Part shown: positions 19,474 to 28,651 of the stretch, one piece after another
How the letters are laid out: the number at the start of each line of letters is the position of its first letter
Position numbering within the stretch: position 1 is the stretch's first letter
NCBI GenBank assembly: GCA_963666055.2
Contig: CAXWPH010000015.1
Span: 1,056,001 to 1,120,000, forward strand
Source: Acidobacteriota bacterium
Lineage (GTDB): Bacteria; Acidobacteriota; UBA890; WLXD01
Length of the DNA stretch: 64,000 bases
Direction: 5' to 3'
Notes under the pieces: model-generated
Databases searched by the model: none
Told to the model about the DNA's origin: nothing
What the model saw: the letters and a program-made list of their open reading frames with translations, nothing else
Program-made: the position numbers and the translations under genes

Positions 19474-21684
19474 ATGGATAGAGACTTGGATTCTGCGCGT
19501 TTCAAGGCGCTCGCGCTGACGGCGGCGTGCCTTTGCCTGTCGAGCGTCGCCGTTGCTGGTTCGCATGCTGAGGCCCGGCACCCGCTGCTGCAGGAGCCGA
19601 CGCAGTCGGGGCAAACCCCGACGTTCCGCTCCGCCGTCACTCGCGTCCGCGTCGACACGTTGGTCACCGACGGCGACGGCAACTTCATCGACAACCTGAC
19701 AACGGAGGATTTCCGCCTGCTCGAAGACGGGGTCGTGCAGGAGATTACCGGCGTTCAACTGGTCCGCGTGGAGAGTGGACGGGTCACGAGCGTCGGCTCC
19801 CGTGGCTCGAGTGGGCCGGCTCCCGAGATGTGGAGCGCTGCCACCCTCGGGGCGATCGTCTACTTCGTCGATCAGCCGAGCCTCGATCGGTCCGCTCATC
19901 CAAAGCTGTCGCAGGCGTTCCGAGATCTGTTCGAGGGAGAGGGGGATCTGGCGATCCCGCGCGGCGTGTTCATGCTCGGCGACGGCGGCATGCTGCGCCA
20001 GCTGGCACCGTTGACGACCGATCGAGATGCGTTGCGGAACGCTGCTCGCCTGGTGATCGACGCCGGGCCGTCGAGCGACTCGATCTTCGATCGCATGAGC
20101 CGCGAGTACGCCCCCATGATGAAGATGGCGCTCGATGTACTGAACTCCCCCGGAAGTTCGCCGTTGAAACTCCGCGAAGTGGTCCACAGCGTGGAGCGAA
20201 AGGCGAAGAGGGATGGCGAGCTGGCGCGACAGCGCCTCGGACACACGTTGCGTCAGCTCACCGAGCTTACCCATGCTCTTTCGGTCATGGAGGGCCGGAC
20301 GGCCCTGGTGTGGATCTCGTCGGGCGCCATGATCACCGAAAGCGGACCCTTCGGCGCCTTCGCCGTGGCAGTGCAAGAGACCGTGGCCGCGAACATGGGC
20401 GGCTCGAACCTCACCTGGTCATCGCCCGACCCGAGGGTGCTCGAAATGATGGCCACTCTGGTCGAGGCCGCCAACAGCGGCAACGTCAGCATCTACACCA
20501 TCGACCCCCGACCGATCTCGGAGCTCGGCGCGCTGGGCACCCGGGCAGCGGTCGGAGACAACCAGGTGGCCAGGGCGCTGCGCCGAAACATACGCCCGGC
20601 GTACGCTCAGTTGACGGCTCCACTGACGGAGGTAGCGGCTAGCACGGGAGGCCGATCGTTTATCGGCTGGGCTCAGCTCGACCAAGCCTTCCAGGAGCAG
20701 TACGTCGACTCGACGCAGTTCTACACGATCTTCTACCAGCCGCCGGGGCCTCACGAGGACGGCGAGTACCATGAGATCCAGGTCCAGGTCGACGTTCCGG
20801 GCGTCGAAGTGCGGGCGCGCCCGGGGTACCGGGAGCTGCCGGCTTCGGCACGGCTCAGGCGCAAGGTCACCGCGGCACTGGCGTTTCCGGAGTCCGTGGC
20901 GGGTCGACCTGTGCCAGCGCAAGCGTTCCATCGATTCGCCTCAGACGGCTCTTCGAGCATCCTACTGGTCATCGGGTTGCCGGGACAGGAGGAAACGGTT
21001 CTCGGCAGCTGGGCGCCCGCCTTCAGGACCGTCGACGCCCAAGCGGGGATGGACGAGCAGGCGATTCAGCGACTCGGTATCTCGCGCTTCGAGGTGCACG
21101 CCGTCGCCTTGAGTAGCGACGGTGAGCTGGGCGGACAGATCCATACGACAGTGACACCTGATGCCGCGGCGGGACCGCAGCCCACAGCGACCCCGGCACG
21201 ATTCTCTAACTACGTGAGGGAAATGCGGGTGGACCCGGGTGTCTATGACGTGCGCATGTTCGTCAGCGAGGTAGCGGGCGATCGCATCGGCACCGCCAGG
21301 CTAGAGGTCGAGGTGCCGCCTAGCCAGGATCGCTGGCTCATCGCCGACCCCATGCTCGTTGCCGTGGACACCGAAGCCAGGATACTCCGGCCGCTGCTGA
21401 CCTCGGCCGTTCGTGCCGGCCTTCAGCTTGCCACGAGCGTGCAGGTCAGTGGCGCGGCCAGCCCGCAGGTCGCGCTCACGGTTCGTCGCCAGGGGATCGA
21501 CGCACCCATCGCAGAGGTTTCGCCAACCGCCCTGCCGCTCGTATATCCGGGTATCCATGGGGGTATTGTGCCGTTGCCCTATCTGGACCCGGGTCAGTAC
21601 CTGGTCGAGCTGAAGATCGTCGATGTGGCAGCGGAACAACAGGCAGTGCGCCTGTTCTCCCTGCGGGTAACGGAGACCGGGTGA
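19474..21684 (+). CDS. Acidobacterial VWA-domain protein
   Basis: PTFRSAVTRVRVD, EDFRLLEDG, GRTALVWISSG, IYTIDPR, TGGR and VRARPGY motifs. Signal peptide. Confidence 0.88.
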   Translation: MDRDLDSARFKALALTAACLCLSSVAVAGSHAEARHPLLQEPTQSGQTPTFRSAVTRVRVDTLVTDGDGNFIDNLTTEDFRLLEDGVVQEITGVQLVRVESGRVTSVGSRGSSGPAPEMWSAATLGAIVYFVDQPSLDRSAHPKLSQAFRDLFEGEGDLAIPRGVFMLGDGGMLRQLAPLTTDRDALRNAARLVIDAGPSSDSIFDRMSREYAPMMKMALDVLNSPGSSPLKLREVVHSVERKAKRDGELARQRLGHTLRQLTELTHALSVMEGRTALVWISSGAMITESGPFGAFAVAVQETVAANMGGSNLTWSSPDPRVLEMMATLVEAANSGNVSIYTIDPRPISELGALGTRAAVGDNQVARALRRNIRPAYAQLTAPLTEVAASTGGRSFIGWAQLDQAFQEQYVDSTQFYTIFYQPPGPHEDGEYHEIQVQVDVPGVEVRARPGYRELPASARLRRKVTAALAFPESVAGRPVPAQAFHRFASDGSSSILLVIGLPGQEETVLGSWAPAFRTVDAQAGMDEQAIQRLGISRFEVHAVALSSDGELGGQIHTTVTPDAAAGPQPTATPARFSNYVREMRVDPGVYDVRMFVSEVAGDRIGTARLEVEVPPSQDRWLIADPMLVAVDTEARILRPLLTSAVRAGLQLATSVQVSGAASPQVALTVRRQGIDAPIAEVSPTALPLVYPGIHGGIVPLPYLDPGQYLVELKIVDVAAEQQAVRLFSLRVTETG

Positions 21685-21731
21685 TGGGCAGCTGAGTCTC
21701 GCGAGCCGCGCCACGCGTTCCGCGTAGTTTA

Positions 21732-22604
21732 GTGGCGCCCCCCACTGAAGGAGCATCAAAGGTGAGTCAAGCGATTCGGTCGAAGCTTGCAGTTCATCAC
21801 GTCTTCGCAGATGCGTCCGTGCCCTTGCTGCTCATGGCAGTGGCGGTGACGATGATCGCCTGCAGCCCGACAGGCCAGCCATCGACATCGGAAGAGCCCA
21901 CTTCAGCGTCGCCACGGGATTCGGTCGTGACGGTGTTAGATCGCTCCGTCCTCGATGACCCTACGCGCCCCGATGCCGACCGCACCGAGGATAACGACCG
22001 CAAAGCGATCGATGTCTACGAGTGGCTGGGCATGCAGCCAGGCATGACGGTTGCAGATCTGTGGCCTGCCGAGGGTTACAACACTCACTTGATGTCACGC
22101 TTGATGGGCGCTGACGGGCACGTGTTGAGTGTCCTGGGTTTCTTCGGTCTGGACACCGACTACTCCACCAGGGAAGGCCTGCAGCAGCGTATCCAGGACC
22201 ATGGCCTGAGCAACGTCGAGCTACTCGACAAGCTTGCGGATATGAAATCGGAGAGCGTCGACGTGATGGTCGCGGTGCGCAACTATCACGATCTCGGGAC
22301 CGTCCCTGGCCCCTCGCGCCCCGAGGCAGTGGCCGAGATGCACCGAGCCCTGAAGCCGGGTGGAGTCGTGGGCATCGTCGAGGCAGCCAGCGACAAGCCG
22401 GGATGGGACCCGGAGGCGCATCGCCTCAACGAGCAGACCGTAATCGACGAGTTCACCGCCGGGGGCTTTGAGCTCTCAGGGCGTTCCGCCATGCTGGCGA
22501 ACCCAGCGGACGACCGTAGCGCCTCCGGCTTCGAGGAGGGCACCTACGACGGCCGCTACGACACCGATCGCTACCTGTTGAAGTTCACCAAGCCGACCAG
22601 CTGA
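21732..22604 (+). CDS. SAM-dependent methyltransferase lipoprotein
   Basis: PGMTVADL..GY, RNYHD and LKPGG motifs. Lipobox IAC. Stop codon lies inside a kinase-tail repeat. Start uncertain. Confidence 0.85.
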   Translation: MAPPTEGASKVSQAIRSKLAVHHVFADASVPLLLMAVAVTMIACSPTGQPSTSEEPTSASPRDSVVTVLDRSVLDDPTRPDADRTEDNDRKAIDVYEWLGMQPGMTVADLWPAEGYNTHLMSRLMGADGHVLSVLGFFGLDTDYSTREGLQQRIQDHGLSNVELLDKLADMKSESVDVMVAVRNYHDLGTVPGPSRPEAVAEMHRALKPGGVVGIVEAASDKPGWDPEAHRLNEQTVIDEFTAGGFELSGRSAMLANPADDRSASGFEEGTYDGRYDTDRYLLKFTKPTS

Positions 22605-22622
22605 AGCGGCTCGTGCCGACGG
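22594..22622 (+). repeat. Kinase-tail repeat copy
   Basis: CGACCAGCTGAAGCGGCTCGTGCCGACGG, 28/29 to the kinase 3' tail. Confidence 0.9.
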
Positions 22623-22763
22623 GAAGGCTCGCGCGCACATCTTCGACCGCCGATTCGGGATGGCCCAATGAGCGTAGACCCTTGATGATATGGCCGAGGT
22701 ATCTGTCGGAGGGCGCTTGATAGAGCTTCGGGTTCGGAACGACGTAAACCTCGGCGTCGAGCC

Positions 22764-22802
22764 GGTCCCTACGAGCTCATCAAGCCGCTCGGTACCGGCG
22801 GA
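22764..22802 (+). pseudogene. Tiny kinase N-terminal remnant
   Basis: Translates GPYELIKPLGTGG, compared with GPYKILEPLGAGG in the kinase at 52342. Confidence 0.55.
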
Positions 22803-22906
22803 GCACAAGTTGCTGGTAGAGTCCGAGAGTCGAACCACCGGCTTCGGCAGACTCCCGATCGCCTATTATCCGTTGCGCCCGTCGGGCGAAACGACAGGGG
22901 AGTGAC

Positions 22907-23545
22907 ATGAGAGTTCTATTGGCAACCGCGCTGATCCTGGCGCTGCCTACGGTGGCGCCGGCGGCGCTCAGCCAGCTTCCGAAGGACGGCGCCGAGGCGA
23001 TGGCGTACTACGAAAGCGATCCCGACGACTGGCTGGATGGTCCGGTGGAGTACCTGATCCTCGACGAGGAGCGCGAGGTGTGGAAGGAGCTACGGACCTC
23101 CGACCAGCGCGCCTCCTTCATCACCCGTTTCTGGGATCGTCGTGACATCGATCTGCGGGTACAGGGAAACCCGTTCAAGGGCGCATTCTACGAGCGCGTC
23201 GCCTACGCCAACCGCAGGTTCCGGGACACGCGGTTTCGCGGCTGGAGGTCCGACCGCGGCCGCATCGCGGTGACGCTCGGGGTGCCTGATGGCGAGCGGC
23301 CCATCCGCGCTGGCACTGTGCTCATCTGGACATACCTCACGATCGGCGCTCATGCCGAGGAGAAGGGCTTCAGTAGCGTTAGCGGCCGAGTGGAGATCGC
23401 CTTCGAGGCGGACGAGCTCAGGCCCAACAACTACGCGATCGCCGGCTCGCTGGGCACCGGGATCTACCCTGCGTACGTGCTCCGTGCGCTCGAATACAGC
23501 CGCCATGCCGCGGTCGGCGAGGCGACGAACCGCCCCGTCTCCTGA
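22907..23545 (+). CDS. GWxTD domain-containing protein
   Basis: FWDRRD, YERVAYANRRF and GWRSDRGRI..LGVP motifs. Signal peptide. Confidence 0.88.
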   Translation: MRVLLATALILALPTVAPAALSQLPKDGAEAMAYYESDPDDWLDGPVEYLILDEEREVWKELRTSDQRASFITRFWDRRDIDLRVQGNPFKGAFYERVAYANRRFRDTRFRGWRSDRGRIAVTLGVPDGERPIRAGTVLIWTYLTIGAHAEEKGFSSVSGRVEIAFEADELRPNNYAIAGSLGTGIYPAYVLRALEYSRHAAVGEATNRPVS

Positions 23546-23614
23546 GGGTTCGGCTTGGCGCGCAGATAGGGAATCTCGGCGGTAGTCGCTGACGCTGCCA
23601 CGCCAGACCGGGAT

Positions 23615-23636
23615 CGAGCTGAAGCGGCTCGTGCCG
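23615..23636 (+). repeat. Kinase-tail repeat copy
   Basis: CGAGCTGAAGCGGCTCGTGCCG, 22/22 to the kinase tail. Confidence 0.85.
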
Positions 23637-23664
23637 CAGCAACGCCTGCCTGTAAACTCGAGCC

Positions 23665-24285
23665 ATGATCAAGGAACCGGTGCGCCCAGCAGATAAGCGC
23701 AAGATCCGCGTCATCGCCTGCGGCATGATTGCCCGTGAAGTCATGGCGGTAAACGCGCAGTTGGGTTTTGACTATGTCGACCTGAAGTGCCTGCCGGCGG
23801 ACTATCACTATCATCCGGAAAAAATTGCCCCGGCTATGGACATCGCGATTCACAAGGCGCGTGCTGATGGGTATCAACATGTATTCGTCGGCTACGCCGA
23901 CTGCGGTACCTGCGGCGAGCTGGATGAAGTGTGCGAAAAGCATGGTGTGTCACGCATAGAAGGGCCGCATTGCTTTTCGTTCTACATGGGCAATCAAGCC
24001 TTCAAAGAAGCAGACGGTGCCTATCTGACGACATTCTTCATCACAGATTTCTTGGCACGCCACTTCGATGCGTTCCTGAAGCGCCCACTGGGCCTCGACC
24101 GGCATCCGGAACTGTTGGAGATGTATTTCGGCAACTACACAAAGGCGCTCTACATCGCCCAGACCGATGATCCACAACTGGACGAGCGAGCGCGCGAAGC
24201 GGCAGAATTTCTAGGTCTCGAGTATGAACGACGCTTTACCGGCTACGGAGATCTGGTCCCGGCGCTGGCAGAAATCGCGCGCTAA
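23665..24285 (+). CDS. DUF1638 domain-containing protein
   Basis: VIACG, YADCGT.G.LD, GPHC and PLGLDRHPEL..MYFGNY motifs. Visibly lower GC. Confidence 0.85.
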   Translation: MIKEPVRPADKRKIRVIACGMIAREVMAVNAQLGFDYVDLKCLPADYHYHPEKIAPAMDIAIHKARADGYQHVFVGYADCGTCGELDEVCEKHGVSRIEGPHCFSFYMGNQAFKEADGAYLTTFFITDFLARHFDAFLKRPLGLDRHPELLEMYFGNYTKALYIAQTDDPQLDERAREAAEFLGLEYERRFTGYGDLVPALAEIAR

Positions 24286-24432
24286 GAGCCGTGATGTCCT
24301 GAAGTCGAACTGGCTCGTGGATGCAGCTCGCTAGGTCTCCCGATGCATGGTAAGGGGACTGCGTGATCGCCTGCACGAGCAGTGAAGTCGTTTGAACCGG
24401 CTTCCCACGGAAGCCATACGGGAGAGAAGGCA

Positions 24433-25563
24433 ATGATCAGACCGGAGCGCTTCGGCGTGGCCCTAGTTCTCGCCGCTGGGCTGGCGTTGCTCCCCGCCTG
24501 CGTCGAAGAGGACCAGGCTGTGCCCCCGGCGGAAGCAACGATGGCGAAGGGTGGGGACGACCGGAGCGGAGACTACGAGGGCGTCGCAGACTGGTGGAAG
24601 GCGGCGCCGAACCATGACGAGACCTGGCACTGGGGGCAGGTCTCGGGAGTCGCGGTGGACAACCCGGATCGGATCTTCGCGGTGACGTGGGGGGATATGA
24701 ACGACGCCGGGGAGGTGAGACTGCCCCGCTCGAACGCCATCGTGGTCGCCGATCGGAACGGCAACATCACGGAGGTCTGGACGCAGTGGGACTCGATCCT
24801 CAACTGGCCCCACCAGATCTACGTGAATCCCTACGATCCCGAGCGCCACGTCTGGGTGGTCGAGCGCGGCGGCGGCGGGCCTTACATGCAGGTCCTCAAG
24901 TTCACCAACGACGGAAAAGAGTTGGTGCTGCGGATCGGCGACACACCGATCCCACAGACCCGCGAAGAGGCACGGGCGAACAAGAACCCCGGTCCCTACA
25001 ACTACGGCCAGCCGGCGGTGCTGGCCTTTTTCCCGAACGGTGACTTCCTGCTTGGCGACGGCTACTGGAACTCCCGCGTCGTCAGGTACAACGAGCAGGG
25101 CGAGTACATCATGGAATGGGGGGAGAACGGGACCGGCCCTGGACAGTTCAACACCGTTCACGGGCTTGCCATAGACAAGGATCGCCGCGTCTGCGTCGTC
25201 GACCGGGCCAACAGTCGCATCCAGGTCTTCACGGAGAACGGCGAGTTCATCGAAGAGTGGCCCAACATCGTGAGCCCGGCCGGCATCTTTATCGATGAGA
25301 GCAACAGCGTCTGGGTGGTGGAACGTGTCCTCAACCGGATTATCAAGTACGACCGGGACGGCCACCTCCTGTATCACTGGGGCACGTACGGCGGAACGTC
25401 GGGCGGCTTTGCCGGTGGTCTGATGCGTCCGCACCAGATGGACGTGGACCAGGAGGGCAACGTCTATATCGCCAACTTCGACGGGGAGTCCGTGGCCAAG
25501 TTCGTACCGAAGCCCGGCGCCGATCCGAGCAAGCTGGTCGGCCAGCCACTCCTCCTTGAGTAG
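24433..25563 (+). CDS. NHL-repeat lipoprotein (PAL-like)
   Basis: DGYWNSRVV, GPGQFNTVHGLA and DRANSRIQVF repeats. Lipobox LPAC. Confidence 0.85.
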   Translation: MIRPERFGVALVLAAGLALLPACVEEDQAVPPAEATMAKGGDDRSGDYEGVADWWKAAPNHDETWHWGQVSGVAVDNPDRIFAVTWGDMNDAGEVRLPRSNAIVVADRNGNITEVWTQWDSILNWPHQIYVNPYDPERHVWVVERGGGGPYMQVLKFTNDGKELVLRIGDTPIPQTREEARANKNPGPYNYGQPAVLAFFPNGDFLLGDGYWNSRVVRYNEQGEYIMEWGENGTGPGQFNTVHGLAIDKDRRVCVVDRANSRIQVFTENGEFIEEWPNIVSPAGIFIDESNSVWVVERVLNRIIKYDRDGHLLYHWGTYGGTSGGFAGGLMRPHQMDVDQEGNVYIANFDGESVAKFVPKPGADPSKLVGQPLLLE

Positions 25564-25581
25564 TGGCGCCAGACGAGGCGA

Positions 25582-26679
25582 TCAGCCTATGGCCTCCTCG
25601 TACACGCGGTAGAGGTTGCGCCCCATGATCTTCTCGATCTGATCCTCCGAGTAGCCCCGATCGACTAGCCCGTGCCAGACGACCTCCATGCGGCGCGGGC
25701 CGTTGAGCTCGTCGATGAAGTAGGGCAGCTCGCTGCTGGTGACCTGGCTCCCCTCCTCGGCCCTGAGCTCGGCCTCGTACTCTGGGGTCATCTCGATGAC
25801 GCGATGGTCGCGGTCGCTGCCGATGCACACGTGATCGACGCCGGCCACCTGGGCGGCGTGGTCGATGTGGTCGAAATAGGTGTGCAGGTTGTCCTGCTTC
25901 TTCAACGTCAGGAAGGGGCGTAGCTGACAAACTCCCACCAGGCCACCGTGCTCGGCGAGCAGGCGGAGGTTGGCGTCGGTGGTATTGCGTTCATGTGGGT
26001 GCACGGCGTTGCAGGCGGTGTGGGAGATGATCACCGGCCGGCTCGAATAGGCGATCGTGTCGGCCATCGTCTGCATGTTGGCGTGCGAAAGGTCCACCAG
26101 CATGCCGATGTCGTTCATGCGGGTGACCATCTCGCGTCCGAACTCGGTCAGGCCGCCCTCGTCGCCAGCCGCCCGGCAGCCGACGCCGGCGAGGTTGCGC
26201 TCGTTGTAGGTGACCTGACAGCTCGTCAGGCCGAGCCGATGGAACATCTCCACGCGGTCCAGGTCATCGTCGAACTGGGTCGCATTCTGGTACAGGTAGA
26301 AGACGGCCATACGCCCGGAGCCACGCGCCTCGTCGATGTGGGCGACGGACGTTGCCTTGACGAACAGGTCGGGGTGGGTTGCGAGGTAGCGGTCGTATTC
26401 CATCAGGCCGTCGACGGCGAGCTCCAGAGCCTCCGCCCCCTCGGCTTTCGGATCGCAGAGCGTCACCGTGATGGAGTCCATCCCGCTGGCCAGCATTTCT
26501 CGAACCAAGGGCGGCTCGTAGATCGTACGCAGCTCGCCCATCGCGTCCATGATCAAGGCGCTGGGGTTGGGCGGCCCCGAGAAATAGGGCGCGCTGCCCG
26601 CACCGAGGGTCGCGCCGGGTCCGAGCCAACCAACTGCGGCCGCGGCACCCGCGTGCTTCAGGATTGCTCGTCGGTTCAT
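25582..26679 (-). CDS. Membrane dipeptidase (peptidase M19), Tat signal
   Basis: TYNERN, GGLTEFG, VDLSH, ISHT and IGSD motifs. N-terminal NRRAILK. Confidence 0.9.
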   Translation of the reverse strand: MNRRAILKHAGAAAAVGWLGPGATLGAGSAPYFSGPPNPSALIMDAMGELRTIYEPPLVREMLASGMDSITVTLCDPKAEGAEALELAVDGLMEYDRYLATHPDLFVKATSVAHIDEARGSGRMAVFYLYQNATQFDDDLDRVEMFHRLGLTSCQVTYNERNLAGVGCRAAGDEGGLTEFGREMVTRMNDIGMLVDLSHANMQTMADTIAYSSRPVIISHTACNAVHPHERNTTDANLRLLAEHGGLVGVCQLRPFLTLKKQDNLHTYFDHIDHAAQVAGVDHVCIGSDRDHRVIEMTPEYEAELRAEEGSQVTSSELPYFIDELNGPRRMEVVWHGLVDRGYSEDQIEKIMGRNLYRVYEEAIG

Positions 26680-26680
26680 G

Positions 26681-26749
26681 CTCTCTCCTTGCCTCCACTT
26701 CGCAAGACCCTGTCGCCAGACCCACCACACTTTCACCACGGCCTGCTAG
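26681..26749 (-). repeat. 69-bp terminal fragment of the 275-bp element, forming the dipeptidase leader
   Basis: Reverse complement is identical to 16286-16354 and ends AAGGAGAGAG-C-ATG. Confidence 0.9.
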
Positions 26750-26834
26750 GGTCGTCGGATGAGGAGTGTACGCTTTCCGTCGCGCCACCTTCGAGTCGAT
26801 GTTGGCGCGTGTCGCAAGCTCCGGAGTGCTCCAT

Positions 26835-26858
26835 CACACTTTCACCACGGCCTGCTAG
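26835..26858 (-). repeat. Solo terminal repeat of the 275-bp element
   Basis: CACACTTTCACCACGGCCTGCTAG. Confidence 0.85.
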
Positions 26859-26926
26859 TATTCGCTGGATGCGAGCTAACGTAGAAGAGTCGACGCAGAA
26901 AGGATGGGCTCCATGAGTGATGCCGC

Positions 26927-28585
26927 ATGAGACGACGCGATCTGCTCAAGCTCGGTGCCGCCGCAGGCGTCGGGGCCACACTCCCGATCGGCTGCGGGGC
27001 GCCCGGGACAGGCACGGGGCCGGCTGGCGGCGGCGGACGCTGGGCGCGGGACCTGGCGGTTGTCAACGGCAGCGTCGTGACCCTGGAGACAGACCAACCG
27101 CGCGCCGAGGCAGTACTCGTACGCGGTGGCCGCATCGCGCTGGTCGGCAGCAACGAGGCGGTGAGCGCCGCCGCCGGGGCAGCCCCCGTCTTCGACGCCG
27201 GCGGGCGTGGGGTCGTTCCCGGCTTCGTCGATGCCCACGTCCACTTCGAGATGGCGTGCAACGCGCGCGCCTATCAGGTCGCCTGCCACACGCCTCCGTT
27301 CACCAGCCTCCGCGAGATCAAGGCAGCGCTGCAGGCGAAAGCGGCGGAGAGTCCCGAGGGACGGTGGATCATCGGTCGGGGCTCGTTCGGCATGGCTGGC
27401 CGCGTCGAGGAGGGTCGGCTCCCCGATCGCCATGAGCTCGACGCCATCACCGAGGACCACCCCCTGATCCTCTACGCCGGCTTCCACGTCGGCATGGTGA
27501 ACACGCGTGGCCTGCGGGAGCTCGGTCTCTGGGACTCGGACGACGCGGCGCCCAGGGGGTCCATCGTGCATCGTGATCCTGGCGGAGCTCCGACAGGGAT
27601 CGCAACCGAGATCTGGACGTTGCCGCCCGCCTACACGGTCACAGAGGTCGAGGCAGCGCTCCGGGCTCACGCGTCGGAGCTCTTCGTGGCCAAGGGAATC
27701 ACCTCGATCCAGACGTTGCCGCTGGCCGGGACCGATCTTCTCGCCGACCAGGCGGTGCAGGCTTCCGGGGAGCTACCGATTCGCCTGCGCGCCTACTACC
27801 ACGTGCCGCACCTGTTCGGGATCGACGACTTCCTGGCGGTTGGGCTTCAGTCAGGGTTCGGCAACGACATGTTCCGCTTCGGTGGCATCAAGATCTTCGT
27901 CGACGGCGCCGGCAGCGATGGTCTGGGTCGCGCCTTTACCGACTTCAAGTGGACACAACAGGAGCTCGACGAGTTCGTGCTCCGCGCGCATACCGCCGGG
28001 GTGCAACTCATGATGCACGTGGTTACCGACCCGGGACATGTCGCCGCCGAGGCGGCCGTCGAGGCGGCGCTGCAACACGATCCGACGCCCATGCGCCACC
28101 GGCTCGAGCACGGTGGAGACGTCGAGGCGCTCGATCGCATCGAACGCCTTGCGGAGCTCGGCATCATCCCGATCATCACGCCACCCCAGCAGAGGGCAAC
28201 ACAGCCGCGCACAACGCCCCGCACAGTCCCGCGATACCGCACGCTCGTTCAGGAAGGGGTTCGCCCGGTGGCGGTCTCAGACGCCACCGGCACCGTGCCG
28301 ACCTTCAGTCCCATGGGGGCAATCGCCTCGTTGATGGCTTCGCCGGAGGACGGCGGTGGCACGCCGCCGGGCGAGGAGCTCAGCTTCGAGGACGCCCTGC
28401 GGATGCACACCATCTGGGCGGCGCGCGCTGGCTTCGAGGAGCGCGAGAAGGGCTCGATTGCGGTGGGCAAGCTCGGGGACTTCGCCGTGCTGTCGGCAGA
28501 CCCGACGCAGTTGCAGGGCGCCGAGATGTTCGACGTCGGTGTTGACGCCACCATCCTCGGTGGCGAGATCGTCTACGAGCGGTAG
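26927..28585 (+). CDS. Amidohydrolase 3 family, Tat lipoprotein
   Basis: MRRRDLLK..IGC signal. PGFVDAHVH, KIFVDG, RLEH and GSIAVGKLGDF motifs. Confidence 0.9.
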   Translation: MRRRDLLKLGAAAGVGATLPIGCGAPGTGTGPAGGGGRWARDLAVVNGSVVTLETDQPRAEAVLVRGGRIALVGSNEAVSAAAGAAPVFDAGGRGVVPGFVDAHVHFEMACNARAYQVACHTPPFTSLREIKAALQAKAAESPEGRWIIGRGSFGMAGRVEEGRLPDRHELDAITEDHPLILYAGFHVGMVNTRGLRELGLWDSDDAAPRGSIVHRDPGGAPTGIATEIWTLPPAYTVTEVEAALRAHASELFVAKGITSIQTLPLAGTDLLADQAVQASGELPIRLRAYYHVPHLFGIDDFLAVGLQSGFGNDMFRFGGIKIFVDGAGSDGLGRAFTDFKWTQQELDEFVLRAHTAGVQLMMHVVTDPGHVAAEAAVEAALQHDPTPMRHRLEHGGDVEALDRIERLAELGIIPIITPPQQRATQPRTTPRTVPRYRTLVQEGVRPVAVSDATGTVPTFSPMGAIASLMASPEDGGGTPPGEELSFEDALRMHTIWAARAGFEEREKGSIAVGKLGDFAVLSADPTQLQGAEMFDVGVDATILGGEIVYER

Positions 28586-28595
28586 CCTGAGTGCC

Positions 28596-28620
28596 GTCGG
28601 CCTAGATGCGCGAGGCCGAC
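28596..28620. terminator. Hairpin between convergent genes
   Basis: GTCGGCCT-N9-AGGCCGAC stem with no U tract. Confidence 0.35.
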
Positions 28621-28651
28621 TCGTGCAACAACCTTGCCACCCCTCCTAATC

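Noticed and set aside
3855-23636. Tail repeats as a CRISPR array or integron attC sites
   Set aside because: Spacing is irregular and kb-scale, no cas or intI genes, no attC RYYYAAC/GTTRRRY palindromes, and cargo lies in both orientations
26680-26739. Extended dipeptidase N-terminus MVKVWWVW...
   Set aside because: It is translated repeat sequence. The Tat signal and SD support the ATG at 26679.
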